A DNA stretch of 64,000 nt from an uncultured Candidatus Saccharibacteria bacterium (GTDB lineage: Bacteria; Patescibacteriota; Minisyncoccia; Phycocordibacterales; WO2-35-19), in the NCBI GenBank assembly GCA_964589445.1, contig CAZPQX010000001.1, positions 110,098 to 174,097 of the forward strand, read 5' to 3'. Below are positions 46,578-55,701 of this stretch, piece after piece. The translations under genes and the position numbers were made by a program. Position 1 is the first letter of the stretch. The number at the start of each line of letters is the position of its first letter. The notes under the pieces were generated by a model that was not told the DNA's origin, made no database searches, and saw nothing but the letters and a program-made list of their open reading frames with translations.

Positions 46578-47412
46578 AAAAATCTAGTGCTTTCTCGATA
46601 AAAACAATCCTTGTCTTGAGTATGTTGCTAGGGAGCGACATGAGTACTAGCTTGAACCCGAGTGATTGGTTTTCTTCTACTGACTCCACTATCGCGAGTA
46701 TGTAAGGACGAGACCCTTCAAGCACAACTTTGTCCCCTGGGACTACATCGAAGTCTATCGGAAGCCTTGCTTCCATACCTCCACCACCCACACCCACCAC
46801 CTCAACCGGCTCGAGTGTCCTCTCTATAAACCCAAAAGAATTTTTATCAGCAAAAGAACTCAGAGCAACTACACTATTTTTGTTTGAAATTTTTACCACC
46901 CGGCCAATAAGGCTCACTCCATCACTGAAAACAAGGTCATTCTCTTCTATACCATCACTCAGGCCCCTATCTATGATAACAGAATCAAGTGGGATTTGTG
47001 GAGACCTGGCCAAGATCCGCGCGCCTACAAAGTCGGCTTGGGGACGCAACTTTAATTCACCATTTAATCTTTCGTTTTCAATTTTTAAGGAATTGTACTC
47101 GTGAGCGATGGCCGTGAGTCTCTCTACCTCCACAGAAAGTTTTGTATTTTCTTCTACCAAAGCCGCTCTTTCAGAAAAGAACTTACCAAAGAAGAAAAAG
47201 TTATTATAAAAAGTATTGCCACTATTCAAAAATGGAGAGGCGGGCCCGAGGAGAGAAACTCCGATATAATAAAACAAAGACACAAGGACTATCAAAGAAA
47301 CAAAGATTTTCAAAAACCTTTTGCTTCCTGATTTATTCCTATTATATTGATTTACTTGAAATATCATTTTCGTCTTGGACGAGTACATCTTTGTAGCTTT
47401 CGAGATTTTCAA
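46567..47412 (-). CDS. mreC: Rod shape-determining protein MreC
   Basis: N-terminal TM, coiled coil (ENTKLSVEVERLTAIAHEYNSLKIENERLNGELKL), C-terminal beta domain. Confidence 0.75.
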   Translation of the reverse strand: MKISKATKMYSSKTKMIFQVNQYNRNKSGSKRFLKIFVSLIVLVSLFYYIGVSLLGPASPFLNSGNTFYNNFFFFGKFFSERAALVEENTKLSVEVERLTAIAHEYNSLKIENERLNGELKLRPQADFVGARILARSPQIPLDSVIIDRGLSDGIEENDLVFSDGVSLIGRVVKISNKNSVVALSSFADKNSFGFIERTLEPVEVVGVGGGGMEARLPIDFDVVPGDKVVLEGSRPYILAIVESVEENQSLGFKLVLMSLPSNILKTRIVFIEKALDFFEE

Positions 47413-48409
47413 GGATTATGCCTGTGCCTCGCACCACACAAGTGAGTGGGTCATCAGCAATATAAACTGGCATATTTACTTCTTCTTCTAAGATTTGTGC
47501 CAAGCCTCTCGTTAGAGCACCACCCCCAGAAAGGTGCATTCCCCTGTGCATTATGTCAGAGAGTATTTCAGGAGGAGTAAGTTCCAAAACCTCTTTGGAA
47601 GCTGCCACCAACCTTTCTATGGAATGAGAAATTGCATTTCTAACATCAGAGTCCGTCACGATCACTTCCTTAGGGAGACCCGTCACCAAATCTCTACCTC
47701 TAGCTTTTGTTTCTATTGGCATCTCGCCAGGCAAAAGAGAGCCAATTGTTACTTTTATATTCTCGGCGGTCTTGTCGCCTATGACCATTTTGAATTCACT
47801 CCTTATATAAGAAGATATGTCACTATTTAACTTGTCTCCGGCGATTCTGACATTTTTTGAACTAACCACCCCGCCCATCGATATCACGGCGATATCAGCT
47901 GTGCCGCCACCTATATCTATCACCATATTACCCACCGGGTCATTTATCGGAAGATGCATACCTATAGCAGCAGCTATTGGCTCTTCTACTATATGCACTT
48001 CACTTGCGCCAGCGTTCATGGTCGCATCCCTCACCGCTCTAGTTTCAACATTTGTAATATGAGAAGGTACACCGACTACTACTCTTGGACCCAAAAACTT
48101 TTTAGATATCTCTTGAGATTTTCGAAGAAGAAAATGTATCATCTCTTCTGTAACTTCAAAATCAGAAATGACTCCGCCGACTATTGGTCTCACCACAGAT
48201 ATATGCGGCGGTGTACGACCAAGCATGTTTTTTGCCTCTCTTCCGAGAGCTACAATTTGGCCAGTTTTTTGGTTGAGCGCCACCACAGATGGTTCGTTGA
48301 TTATTATGCCCTTACCCTTCACATAGACAAGCACATTGGCAGTACCGAGGTCTATGCCGATATCATTTCGCAGCATGCTCTTCCACTTTTCTATTTTTTC
48401 TTTAAACAT
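47342..48409 (-). CDS. mreB: Rod shape-determining protein MreB
   Basis: IGIDLGTANVLVYVKGKGIIINEPSVVA... actin-fold ATPase motifs. Confidence 0.9.
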   Translation of the reverse strand: MFKEKIEKWKSMLRNDIGIDLGTANVLVYVKGKGIIINEPSVVALNQKTGQIVALGREAKNMLGRTPPHISVVRPIVGGVISDFEVTEEMIHFLLRKSQEISKKFLGPRVVVGVPSHITNVETRAVRDATMNAGASEVHIVEEPIAAAIGMHLPINDPVGNMVIDIGGGTADIAVISMGGVVSSKNVRIAGDKLNSDISSYIRSEFKMVIGDKTAENIKVTIGSLLPGEMPIETKARGRDLVTGLPKEVIVTDSDVRNAISHSIERLVAASKEVLELTPPEILSDIMHRGMHLSGGGALTRGLAQILEEEVNMPVYIADDPLTCVVRGTGIILENLESYKDVLVQDENDISSKSI

Positions 48410-48416
48410 TTTTAAA

Positions 48417-49649
48417 TTAGAGGTCTTTTATTTCTACATTTTTTACTTCTTGAGTCTTTCTGTTTTTAAGTTCTACTTTACCAGTGCCTACGTTTTTTTC
48501 GCTCACTACTATTTGATATGGGAGACCGATCAAATCTGCGTCATTAAACTTTTCTCCGGCTCTCAAATCGCGGTCATCATAAAGTACATTGTCTTCGCCA
48601 AGCTTCTCATATATTTCTTTGGCAGCCTTTTCCACTTCAGGATTTTGGGATTTTATCTCCAACAAGTGGTATTTGAAAGGAGCCACAGCCTCTGGCCAAA
48701 ACATTGAATTTTCGCCGCCATTTACCTCAACCAAGACACCCATGAGCCTTGTCACACCAATACCATATGAGCTGAGGTATGCCGGCCTCTTTTCTCCAGC
48801 GCTATCGGCAAAATTCAAGCCCATCTGCTCGGATTTCTTGGTTCCAAAATCAAATATATTACCTACTTCTGCAGCCTTCTTTTTCTCAAAGTCTTCTTCT
48901 TTCATTCCCATTTTTTCGAGAGCCTCCTTACCATAAACCTCTTCATTTATAGCAATACCCTTTTCTTTATTTACATAAATCCAGTCCTCGCCAGCTTCAC
49001 AAACAGTTTGAAATTCGTGACTAAATTTATCAGTAAACACACCCCCAGAAGCTGAAGTAACATAAGTAATGTCGCCAAGACCTACCCTATTGAAAACATT
49101 TTTATAAGCCTCAATTGTTTTGTTATAAAATTCTGTATTCTGAGCTTCTGTTGCTGCAAAATAATACATGTCCTTCATGACAAATTCTCTGCATCGCATA
49201 ATACCGCTCTTAGCTCGGAGCTCGTTTCTGAGTTTGTTTTGAAATTGATGAACACCTCTTGGTAAATCGTTATAACTTGAAATAAATGATTTGATCATTT
49301 CAGTTATAGCTTCTTCGTGTGACCAACCAAAACCTACTTCTGTATCATTTTTAAGTTTTGATTTGAACCACACATCAACCGCTTCATCATCCCACCTACC
49401 TGTTTTTTCCCAAGTTTCTTTTTTTTGGAGAGTAGACATGATTATTTCTACAGAGCCCAAACTCTCCATTTCTTCAGCAATGATCTTTTTGATTTTATTT
49501 ATAGTGATAAGACCCAGAGGTAAAATAGAATACACCCCTGCCATCTCCTTATTTATAAAGCCAGCTCTGATAAGTAACTGCGCGTTTTTGGAAGTCTCGT
49601 CGCTAGGAGCCTCTCTCCTTGTTTTAGTAAAAAGTTTTGATTGCCTCAT
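48417..49649 (-). CDS. proS: Prolyl-tRNA synthetase (short form, no editing insertion)
   Basis: MRQSKLFTKTRREAPSDETSKNAQLLIRAGFI... class II motifs and C-terminal anticodon-binding domain. Confidence 0.85.
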   Translation of the reverse strand: MRQSKLFTKTRREAPSDETSKNAQLLIRAGFINKEMAGVYSILPLGLITINKIKKIIAEEMESLGSVEIIMSTLQKKETWEKTGRWDDEAVDVWFKSKLKNDTEVGFGWSHEEAITEMIKSFISSYNDLPRGVHQFQNKLRNELRAKSGIMRCREFVMKDMYYFAATEAQNTEFYNKTIEAYKNVFNRVGLGDITYVTSASGGVFTDKFSHEFQTVCEAGEDWIYVNKEKGIAINEEVYGKEALEKMGMKEEDFEKKKAAEVGNIFDFGTKKSEQMGLNFADSAGEKRPAYLSSYGIGVTRLMGVLVEVNGGENSMFWPEAVAPFKYHLLEIKSQNPEVEKAAKEIYEKLGEDNVLYDDRDLRAGEKFNDADLIGLPYQIVVSEKNVGTGKVELKNRKTQEVKNVEIKDL

Positions 49650-49687
49650 GGACTTTATGTTATATCAGGCTGTCAATAAGGTCAAAA

Positions 49688-50902
49688 TTAGATAAGTTTC
49701 AATATGTCACGGTATGTCACAAAAAGCATGAGCGCTATCAGGATGAAAAATCCTGCCACATTTGTATACTCTGCGAACTTTTTGTTTATGGGCCTCTTTG
49801 TGATTGCCTCGACAGCCACAAACACAAGCCTACCGCCATCGAGAGCTGGAAATGGCAGAAGATTTATAACCGCCAAGTTTATAGAAATAAGAGCAGTAAA
49901 TGTCACGAGATAAGAAAACCCGAGTTTGGACGCGTCTCCCACCAAACCAACAATACCCACAGGACCAGAAACCTGAGAAACATCAGCCTGCCCCATGAAC
50001 GCATCTTTTATGAGACTCAGAGTCCCAGAGACAGTGAGATAAGTGATAGTAAAAGTAGCTTTGACTCCTTGATATAGTGCCTTATGGATAGGAAGCTTTA
50101 AGGTGCCTACTGTGTCCATACTTATACCAATGGCTTTCTTGCCTTCAACCAAATTTGAATTTGGCTCTATTTCAAAATCAAAAATTTCGTTACCTCTCTC
50201 AACTTTCACACCCACCAAACCTTCTGAAGTATTTATGAGACCTGAGACTTGCTCTGTAGTCGGACTTTTGAAAGAAGAATTTTTGTCAGAAACTTCTATG
50301 ATTTTGTCGCCCGTCTTGAGACCAGAAAGACTAGCAGGAGAGTCTTCGAGCACGCTCACTACTGTAGTTACAGGATTTTCGACTTGGCCTCCAAAATCAT
50401 TTTCGAGTGGAGCTGGTACTCCAATAAGGAAACTTAAAGAAAAAAGCATCCAGGCAAAAATAATATTGAACGTGACACCTGCTGCAAGTATAGTCGCCTG
50501 CCACTTTTTTGAAACTTCTGTAAATCTAAAATTTTTCTGAACAAAATATTCAGAAGAGGCTAGCGAGCCTGACTGAGGCGAGCTCGAGGAAAAATTCAGC
50601 AGAATTTTATCCGTGCTCTTCTGGGTATTTTGTGAAGAAAAATTTTCATTCTTTCGACTCGCAGAAACAACTTCACTGTCTTCCTCATAATTTTCTCCCA
50701 AAATTTTGACGAACCCACCAAAAGGAATCCAGTTGATACTAAAAAGAGTGCCCCATCTTTTACCAAGAGAAATAGCTCTCGGCGGATATCCAAAACCAAA
50801 CTCCTCTACTGCGACACCCGCTTTTTTAGCAGCAAGAAAGTGCCCAAGTTCATGGACAAAAACCAAAACGCTTAAAATTAAGATGAAAATAATTACAGTC
50901 AT
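49688..50902 (-). CDS. rseP: Site-2 protease RseP (M50 zinc metalloprotease with PDZ domain)
   Basis: HELGHFLAAK (HExxH) in the first TM region, PDZ domain, C-terminal LDGG motif. Confidence 0.85.
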   Translation of the reverse strand: MTVIIFILILSVLVFVHELGHFLAAKKAGVAVEEFGFGYPPRAISLGKRWGTLFSINWIPFGGFVKILGENYEEDSEVVSASRKNENFSSQNTQKSTDKILLNFSSSSPQSGSLASSEYFVQKNFRFTEVSKKWQATILAAGVTFNIIFAWMLFSLSFLIGVPAPLENDFGGQVENPVTTVVSVLEDSPASLSGLKTGDKIIEVSDKNSSFKSPTTEQVSGLINTSEGLVGVKVERGNEIFDFEIEPNSNLVEGKKAIGISMDTVGTLKLPIHKALYQGVKATFTITYLTVSGTLSLIKDAFMGQADVSQVSGPVGIVGLVGDASKLGFSYLVTFTALISINLAVINLLPFPALDGGRLVFVAVEAITKRPINKKFAEYTNVAGFFILIALMLFVTYRDILKLI

Positions 50903-50905
50903 TTT

Positions 50906-51454
50906 TTAGTTCCTTATCTCCTCTTCTTTCTTGTCTGCAATCTCCTGAAATTTACTACCGAACTCCTCTACATATTTTTGCATTTCTTCTTTGAGTCTAA
51001 ACTTATCGTCTTCACCCATGCCACCCTGCTTTTCTTTTTCATCTATTTCTTTGGAAGTTTTGTCGCGAATACCACGAAGAGAAACTCTCGCCTCTTCAAG
51101 TTTACTCTTCACGACCTTCACAAATTGCTCTCTCCTTTCTGAAGTAAGCTCGGGGAATATTACGCGCAAACCTTTTTCAAAAGGAGAAACAGAAAGACCA
51201 AGGTTTGATGTGGTGATTGATTTTTCGATGGCCTTTAGTACCGACTGATCCCAAGGCTCAACTTTTATGGTTCGAGCATCTTCCATGCCGATGTTTGCGA
51301 GCTCCCTTATGGACATTTGGCTACCATATGCCTCGACAGTCACGTTATCAAGAATTGAAATATTGGCCCTGCCAGTCCTTATAGAGGAGAGCTCCTTGCG
51401 AAGCCACTCTTCTACCGCTTTTGATTTTTCTTTGAATTCAGCGAAATTAAACAT
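50906..51454 (-). CDS. frr: Ribosome recycling factor
   Basis: 182 aa, RRF fold: ...LSSIRTGRANISILDNVTVEAYG... Confidence 0.9.
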   Translation of the reverse strand: MFNFAEFKEKSKAVEEWLRKELSSIRTGRANISILDNVTVEAYGSQMSIRELANIGMEDARTIKVEPWDQSVLKAIEKSITTSNLGLSVSPFEKGLRVIFPELTSERREQFVKVVKSKLEEARVSLRGIRDKTSKEIDEKEKQGGMGEDDKFRLKEEMQKYVEEFGSKFQEIADKKEEEIRN

Positions 51455-51474
51455 GTGATTTAGCTATACGATTA

Positions 51475-52098
51475 TTATAACACGGAACAAATCCACTCCA
51501 GAAGCATTTTTTGAGAAGCGCCTCTCTGCATAGAATAGATTTTGGCTTTTAATATACTATTTTTCTGTGAAAAATTTAATGAATTTTCTGAAGCCAAATC
51601 CTCTAGCCCCGCAATAAAATCTTTTATTTTAGATTTATCTGCATTTTTATGGAGAGACCTGACTACAGAGAGCCTCTCTGCCATACTACCTTCTAAAAAT
51701 TTTTGTGCCTTTGTACTTACTTCTTTTTTATCCAACAAATCCAATATCTCCACCCTGGAAAGAAGGGTTGGTAATATGGAGCCGATGCTTTCAAGTACCA
51801 AGAAAAAGTAAGTTCCCTCCTTTGGCTCCTCTAAAGTTTTGAGCATCGCATTTTGAGCCTCAAAATTTATTGACCTTGAAATGACAACACAAACTTTTGA
51901 GCCTCCTAAAAGAGGCTTACCGATAGCCCACCTCTCTAGCATCCTCGCACCCTCTATACTAAAAGACTCTTCTTCTAAAAGTAAAAAGTCTGGGTTGCCT
52001 TTTGTTTCAAAAGATATTTCTCTAAGCAAAATATCTTGTACCTTTTGCATATGACTTTCATTCGAAAGTATTATATTGGCATGATGAAGCTTGCTCAT
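51475..52098 (-). CDS. DNA polymerase III delta-prime (HolB)-like protein lacking the N-terminal ATPase P-loop region
   Basis: QNAMLKTLEEPKEGTYFFLV matches the clamp-loader box VII/sensor region (NALLKTLEEPP); 207 aa is short for HolB. Confidence 0.5.
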   Translation of the reverse strand: MSKLHHANIILSNESHMQKVQDILLREISFETKGNPDFLLLEEESFSIEGARMLERWAIGKPLLGGSKVCVVISRSINFEAQNAMLKTLEEPKEGTYFFLVLESIGSILPTLLSRVEILDLLDKKEVSTKAQKFLEGSMAERLSVVRSLHKNADKSKIKDFIAGLEDLASENSLNFSQKNSILKAKIYSMQRGASQKMLLEWICSVL

Positions 52099-52104
52099 TT
52101 TGGT

Positions 52105-53118
52105 TTACTTCTTAGATATTACTGCTTTTTTGTATGTACCAAGATAACCAAGAGCAATACCAGTACCCTCGACAACGCAAAATAGCGGCTTGTCTGCGAG
52201 TACTGCCTTTACGCCAGTCTTCGAAAAAATAAATTCAGGAAAATTGCGGAGAGATGATGTGCCTCCGGTCATTATTATCCCGTTGTCTATTATGTCAGCA
52301 GCGAGCTCTGGCGGCGTCTCTTGGAGTACATCTTTGACGGCCTTGACCATCTCGCGCAAATCTTTGGAAATAGCTTTTACGATTTCATTTGTTTTTATCT
52401 CGATTGACTTTGGAAGACCTGAGACTATGTCTCTACCTTTAATGGTCATAGAAAGCTCTTCTTCAAGTGGCAATGCAGAACCAATCGTAATTTTTATATC
52501 CTCAGATGTTTTGTCGCCTATAGAAAGATTGAAAGATTTTTTAATGTACTCGATTATGCTTTCATCGAGCCTGTTGCCTGCACATTTGACTGAAGTTGAA
52601 GCTACGATACCGCCAAGCGAGATCACCGCCACATCAATAGTACCTCCACCAATATCTGCAATCATGTGACCCTTGGCTTCATATATAGGGATACCTGCTC
52701 CGATAGCTGCAAGTATTGGCTCTTTTATCACATAAGCGTTTTTGGCACCTGCTTTTATCGCAGCCTCTATCACCGCCCTCCTTTCTGTAGAAGTCACTCC
52801 TGCGGGCACACTTATAAGGACTTCGGGTTTTATAAAACTCCAACCACCTAATGCTTTTTTAATATAGTAAGAGAGCATCACTTCAGTCACCTTATAATCT
52901 GCAATGACACCGTCCTTCATCGGCCTGTAGGCTTTGATGGCGTCAGGTGTCCTGCCTATCATGACTTTAGCTTCGCTACCTACAGCCAGTATCCTGTTGC
53001 TCTCTGCACCAACCGCTACCACAGATGGTTCGTTGAGTACCACACCCTTACCAGGGACGTAAACTAGAGTATTTGCCGTACCGAGATCGATTCCCAGTTT
53101 TTTAGAAAAAAATGACAT
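52105..53118 (-). CDS. MreB/Mbl-family actin homolog (second paralog)
   Basis: LGIDLGTANTLVYVPGKGVVLNEPSVVAV... full actin fold. Confidence 0.8.
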   Translation of the reverse strand: MSFFSKKLGIDLGTANTLVYVPGKGVVLNEPSVVAVGAESNRILAVGSEAKVMIGRTPDAIKAYRPMKDGVIADYKVTEVMLSYYIKKALGGWSFIKPEVLISVPAGVTSTERRAVIEAAIKAGAKNAYVIKEPILAAIGAGIPIYEAKGHMIADIGGGTIDVAVISLGGIVASTSVKCAGNRLDESIIEYIKKSFNLSIGDKTSEDIKITIGSALPLEEELSMTIKGRDIVSGLPKSIEIKTNEIVKAISKDLREMVKAVKDVLQETPPELAADIIDNGIIMTGGTSSLRNFPEFIFSKTGVKAVLADKPLFCVVEGTGIALGYLGTYKKAVISKK

Positions 53119-53191
53119 TACCTAAATACTACATACTAAGACGGAAATCGGCAATATTGAGAATATGTCAAATCTCTGACAAAATTTAATT

Positions 53192-55102
53192 ATGTTTGTA
53201 ATAGATTGCCTCCCCTTTTCAAAAGGTCTCAAGAAAGATAATCTTTCATACTTTTCTTCAGAATATGTGACCCCCGGCTCTTTGATCAAAATAACAGTAA
53301 GAAACCAAAAATTATCAGCTCTGGTCATAGACTCAAAAGATGCCCGTGAACGCAAAGCAGAAATAAAATCTGCAGATTTCAAACTAAGCAAAATATCCTC
53401 TCTCGTCTCAAAGCCTTTTTTGAGCAAAGAGTTCCTTTCTGCTGTCCAAGAAACTTCTAGTTTTTTCTCTGCAAACGAAGGCTCCATACTCTCTCAGCTC
53501 ATCCCCGCATCATTTCTTGAAAATCCCTCCCTTATCACATCTAAAAAGAAAAATATTTCTTTCAATACCGAGGAAAAGAAAAAAGCAGATGTGCTAGCCA
53601 TACAGTCTGAAGAGGACGACAGGATGAGCAATTATAGACTGCTCATAAGAGAAGAATTCGCTAAAAACAAATCTGTTTTCTTTTGCATTCCACAAAATGA
53701 AAGTATATTAAATCTCAAAAAAGAACTTTCTCGTGGTATAGACTCATATATATGTACTTTCCACAAAGACATGAGCAAAAAAGAATTCAAGGAGGAATGG
53801 GAAAGAGCAAATGACTCTTCACACCCAGTGGTGATAATAGGCACATCTAAATGGCTTTTTATGGAAAGAGAAGACCTCGGGGCTATCGTGCTTGAAAATG
53901 AAAACAAAAATGGCTGGAAAACTCTCTTTAGGCCTTTTGTGGATATGCGTTTCCTTATTGAAAAATATGCTGAAAAAAGAAGAGTGAGAATTATATTTGG
54001 AGACTTGGTTTTAAGGCTTGAGACACTTAGCCGATATAAACAAGGAGAAATATTGAGTTTTGAAAACGTGAAATGGCGAATAAGTGAGGATGTTGAAACA
54101 AGAGTGATAGACATGAAAAAAGACTTAAAAAAAAGCAGCGAGTTCCGATCTGTGTCTCTTGAGCTACTTGAATCAATAAAAGAAAATATAGAAAACAAAT
54201 CTAACATGTTTATCTTTTCTTCTAGGAAGGGATTTTCTTCAAACATAATATGCAGGGATTGTGGAGAAGAAGTAAAATGTTTCAACTGTGAGAGCCCTAT
54301 GGTTTTGTATAAAAAGAAAAATTTTGATGGAGGAGAAGAAAATATATTTCGCTGCCACCAGTGTGACGAGAGGAGAGATGCCTTAGAGCACTGCCAAAAA
54401 TGCCGCAGCTGGAGGCTTGAGGCTTTTGGGTCGGGCATAGAGAGAGTGGTTGAAGAAATAAAAAAGGTACTACCAGGGGTAGCTTTGTATGAACTAAGTA
54501 GTGACACTGCTACAAGCAGCAACAAGGCTTCAATTATCGTAAACAATTTTTATGAAAACAGAGGAGCAATACTTATCGGGACAGAAATGGCACTCCCCTA
54601 CCTTCATAAAAAAGTTTCTTCTACAGCTATAGCATCTTTTGACTCACTCTTTTCTGTACCTGACTTCCGTATAGGAGAAAAGATTTTTAGTATCATCCTC
54701 GAAACCAAATCTCTAGCAAAAACACGCTTTTTTATACAAACAAGAAACACAGAAGATGAGTACGTAAAAAGTGCTATGAGTGGAAACGTAAATAAATTTT
54801 ATGAAGACGAGCTTGGTGACAGGAGAGCTCTCGGATATCCTCCTTTTGGCATTTTTATCAAAATTACAGTACGAGGACAGAGAAACCTGGTGCAAAAAGA
54901 ATCAGAAAAATTGAAAAAATATTTCTCTGAATATGACAGTTCGTTTTTCTCATCACTCCACGAAAAAAAGGGTGAGGCTTCCTGCTTTAATGCTGTTATA
55001 AAAGTTAAAAAAGAAGAGTGGCCTGACCCAGAAATCAGCTCGATACTCAAATCCCTACCCCCTCACTTCGAAATCAAAGTCGACCCAGACAACCTACTAT
55101 AA
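53192..55102 (+). CDS. Primosomal protein N-prime (PriA)-like with degenerate helicase motifs
   Basis: N-terminal 3'BD-like region; C-terminal Cys4-Cys4 zinc region (CRDCGEEVKCFNCESP...CHQCDERRDALEHCQKC) typical of PriA; Walker A GxGKT not found and the DEEH box reads LENE. Confidence 0.55.
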   Translation: MFVIDCLPFSKGLKKDNLSYFSSEYVTPGSLIKITVRNQKLSALVIDSKDARERKAEIKSADFKLSKISSLVSKPFLSKEFLSAVQETSSFFSANEGSILSQLIPASFLENPSLITSKKKNISFNTEEKKKADVLAIQSEEDDRMSNYRLLIREEFAKNKSVFFCIPQNESILNLKKELSRGIDSYICTFHKDMSKKEFKEEWERANDSSHPVVIIGTSKWLFMEREDLGAIVLENENKNGWKTLFRPFVDMRFLIEKYAEKRRVRIIFGDLVLRLETLSRYKQGEILSFENVKWRISEDVETRVIDMKKDLKKSSEFRSVSLELLESIKENIENKSNMFIFSSRKGFSSNIICRDCGEEVKCFNCESPMVLYKKKNFDGGEENIFRCHQCDERRDALEHCQKCRSWRLEAFGSGIERVVEEIKKVLPGVALYELSSDTATSSNKASIIVNNFYENRGAILIGTEMALPYLHKKVSSTAIASFDSLFSVPDFRIGEKIFSIILETKSLAKTRFFIQTRNTEDEYVKSAMSGNVNKFYEDELGDRRALGYPPFGIFIKITVRGQRNLVQKESEKLKKYFSEYDSSFFSSLHEKKGEASCFNAVIKVKKEEWPDPEISSILKSLPPHFEIKVDPDNLL

Positions 55103-55140
55103 GATAGAAAAAATAAGAGAAATGTTGTAAATTATGAAGC

Positions 55141-55698
55141 ATGGAAGGAATATTACAAAGAGAAAATAAGATCTTGAGAAATAAGTCTCTCGAGGTGCCA
55201 GTGGAAGCAATCAAGACTCGCAAAATAGAAGTCATCATAAACATGATGAAAAAAGCGCTTGATTCTCAGGAAGACGGCGTGGCTATCGCAGCTCCTCAAA
55301 TAGGAGAAAATTTGCGCATCTTTGTAGTATCCAAAAGGATATTTGAGATAATGGAAGAGGAAAAAAGTAAGTCCAGGTCAAAGAGAGAAAACTTAGAGAG
55401 CTTCGAGAAAGAGGGACTGGACTACACAGATATGGTTTTTATAAATCCAGTCATTCTCAAACAATCAAAAAAGAAAAGTTTAGTAGAAGAAGGATGCCTA
55501 TCTGTGAGGTGGTTGTATGGAAAAGTAGAGAGGTTCGACAAAACACTTGTACGTGCCTATGACGAGAATGGCCAAATATTTACCATGGGTGGCTCTGGAC
55601 TAATGTCACAAGTTTTCCAACACGAAATAGACCACCTCGACGGAATACTTTTCATAGATAAAGCAAAAAAATTAAAAGAAATGCCACCAAAATCATAA
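55141..55698 (+). CDS. def: Peptide deformylase (with a Lys/Glu-rich insertion)
   Basis: Motifs GVAIAAPQIG, EGCLSV, QHEIDHLDG. Confidence 0.85.
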   Translation: MEGILQRENKILRNKSLEVPVEAIKTRKIEVIINMMKKALDSQEDGVAIAAPQIGENLRIFVVSKRIFEIMEEEKSKSRSKRENLESFEKEGLDYTDMVFINPVILKQSKKKSLVEEGCLSVRWLYGKVERFDKTLVRAYDENGQIFTMGGSGLMSQVFQHEIDHLDGILFIDKAKKLKEMPPKS

Positions 55699-55701
55699 TT
55701 C

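Noticed and set aside
53122-53487. 121-aa minus-strand ORF overlapping the 5' end of the priA-like gene
   Set aside because: Entirely antisense to a much longer conserved ORF, with no RBS or recognisable domain; almost certainly a shadow ORF.
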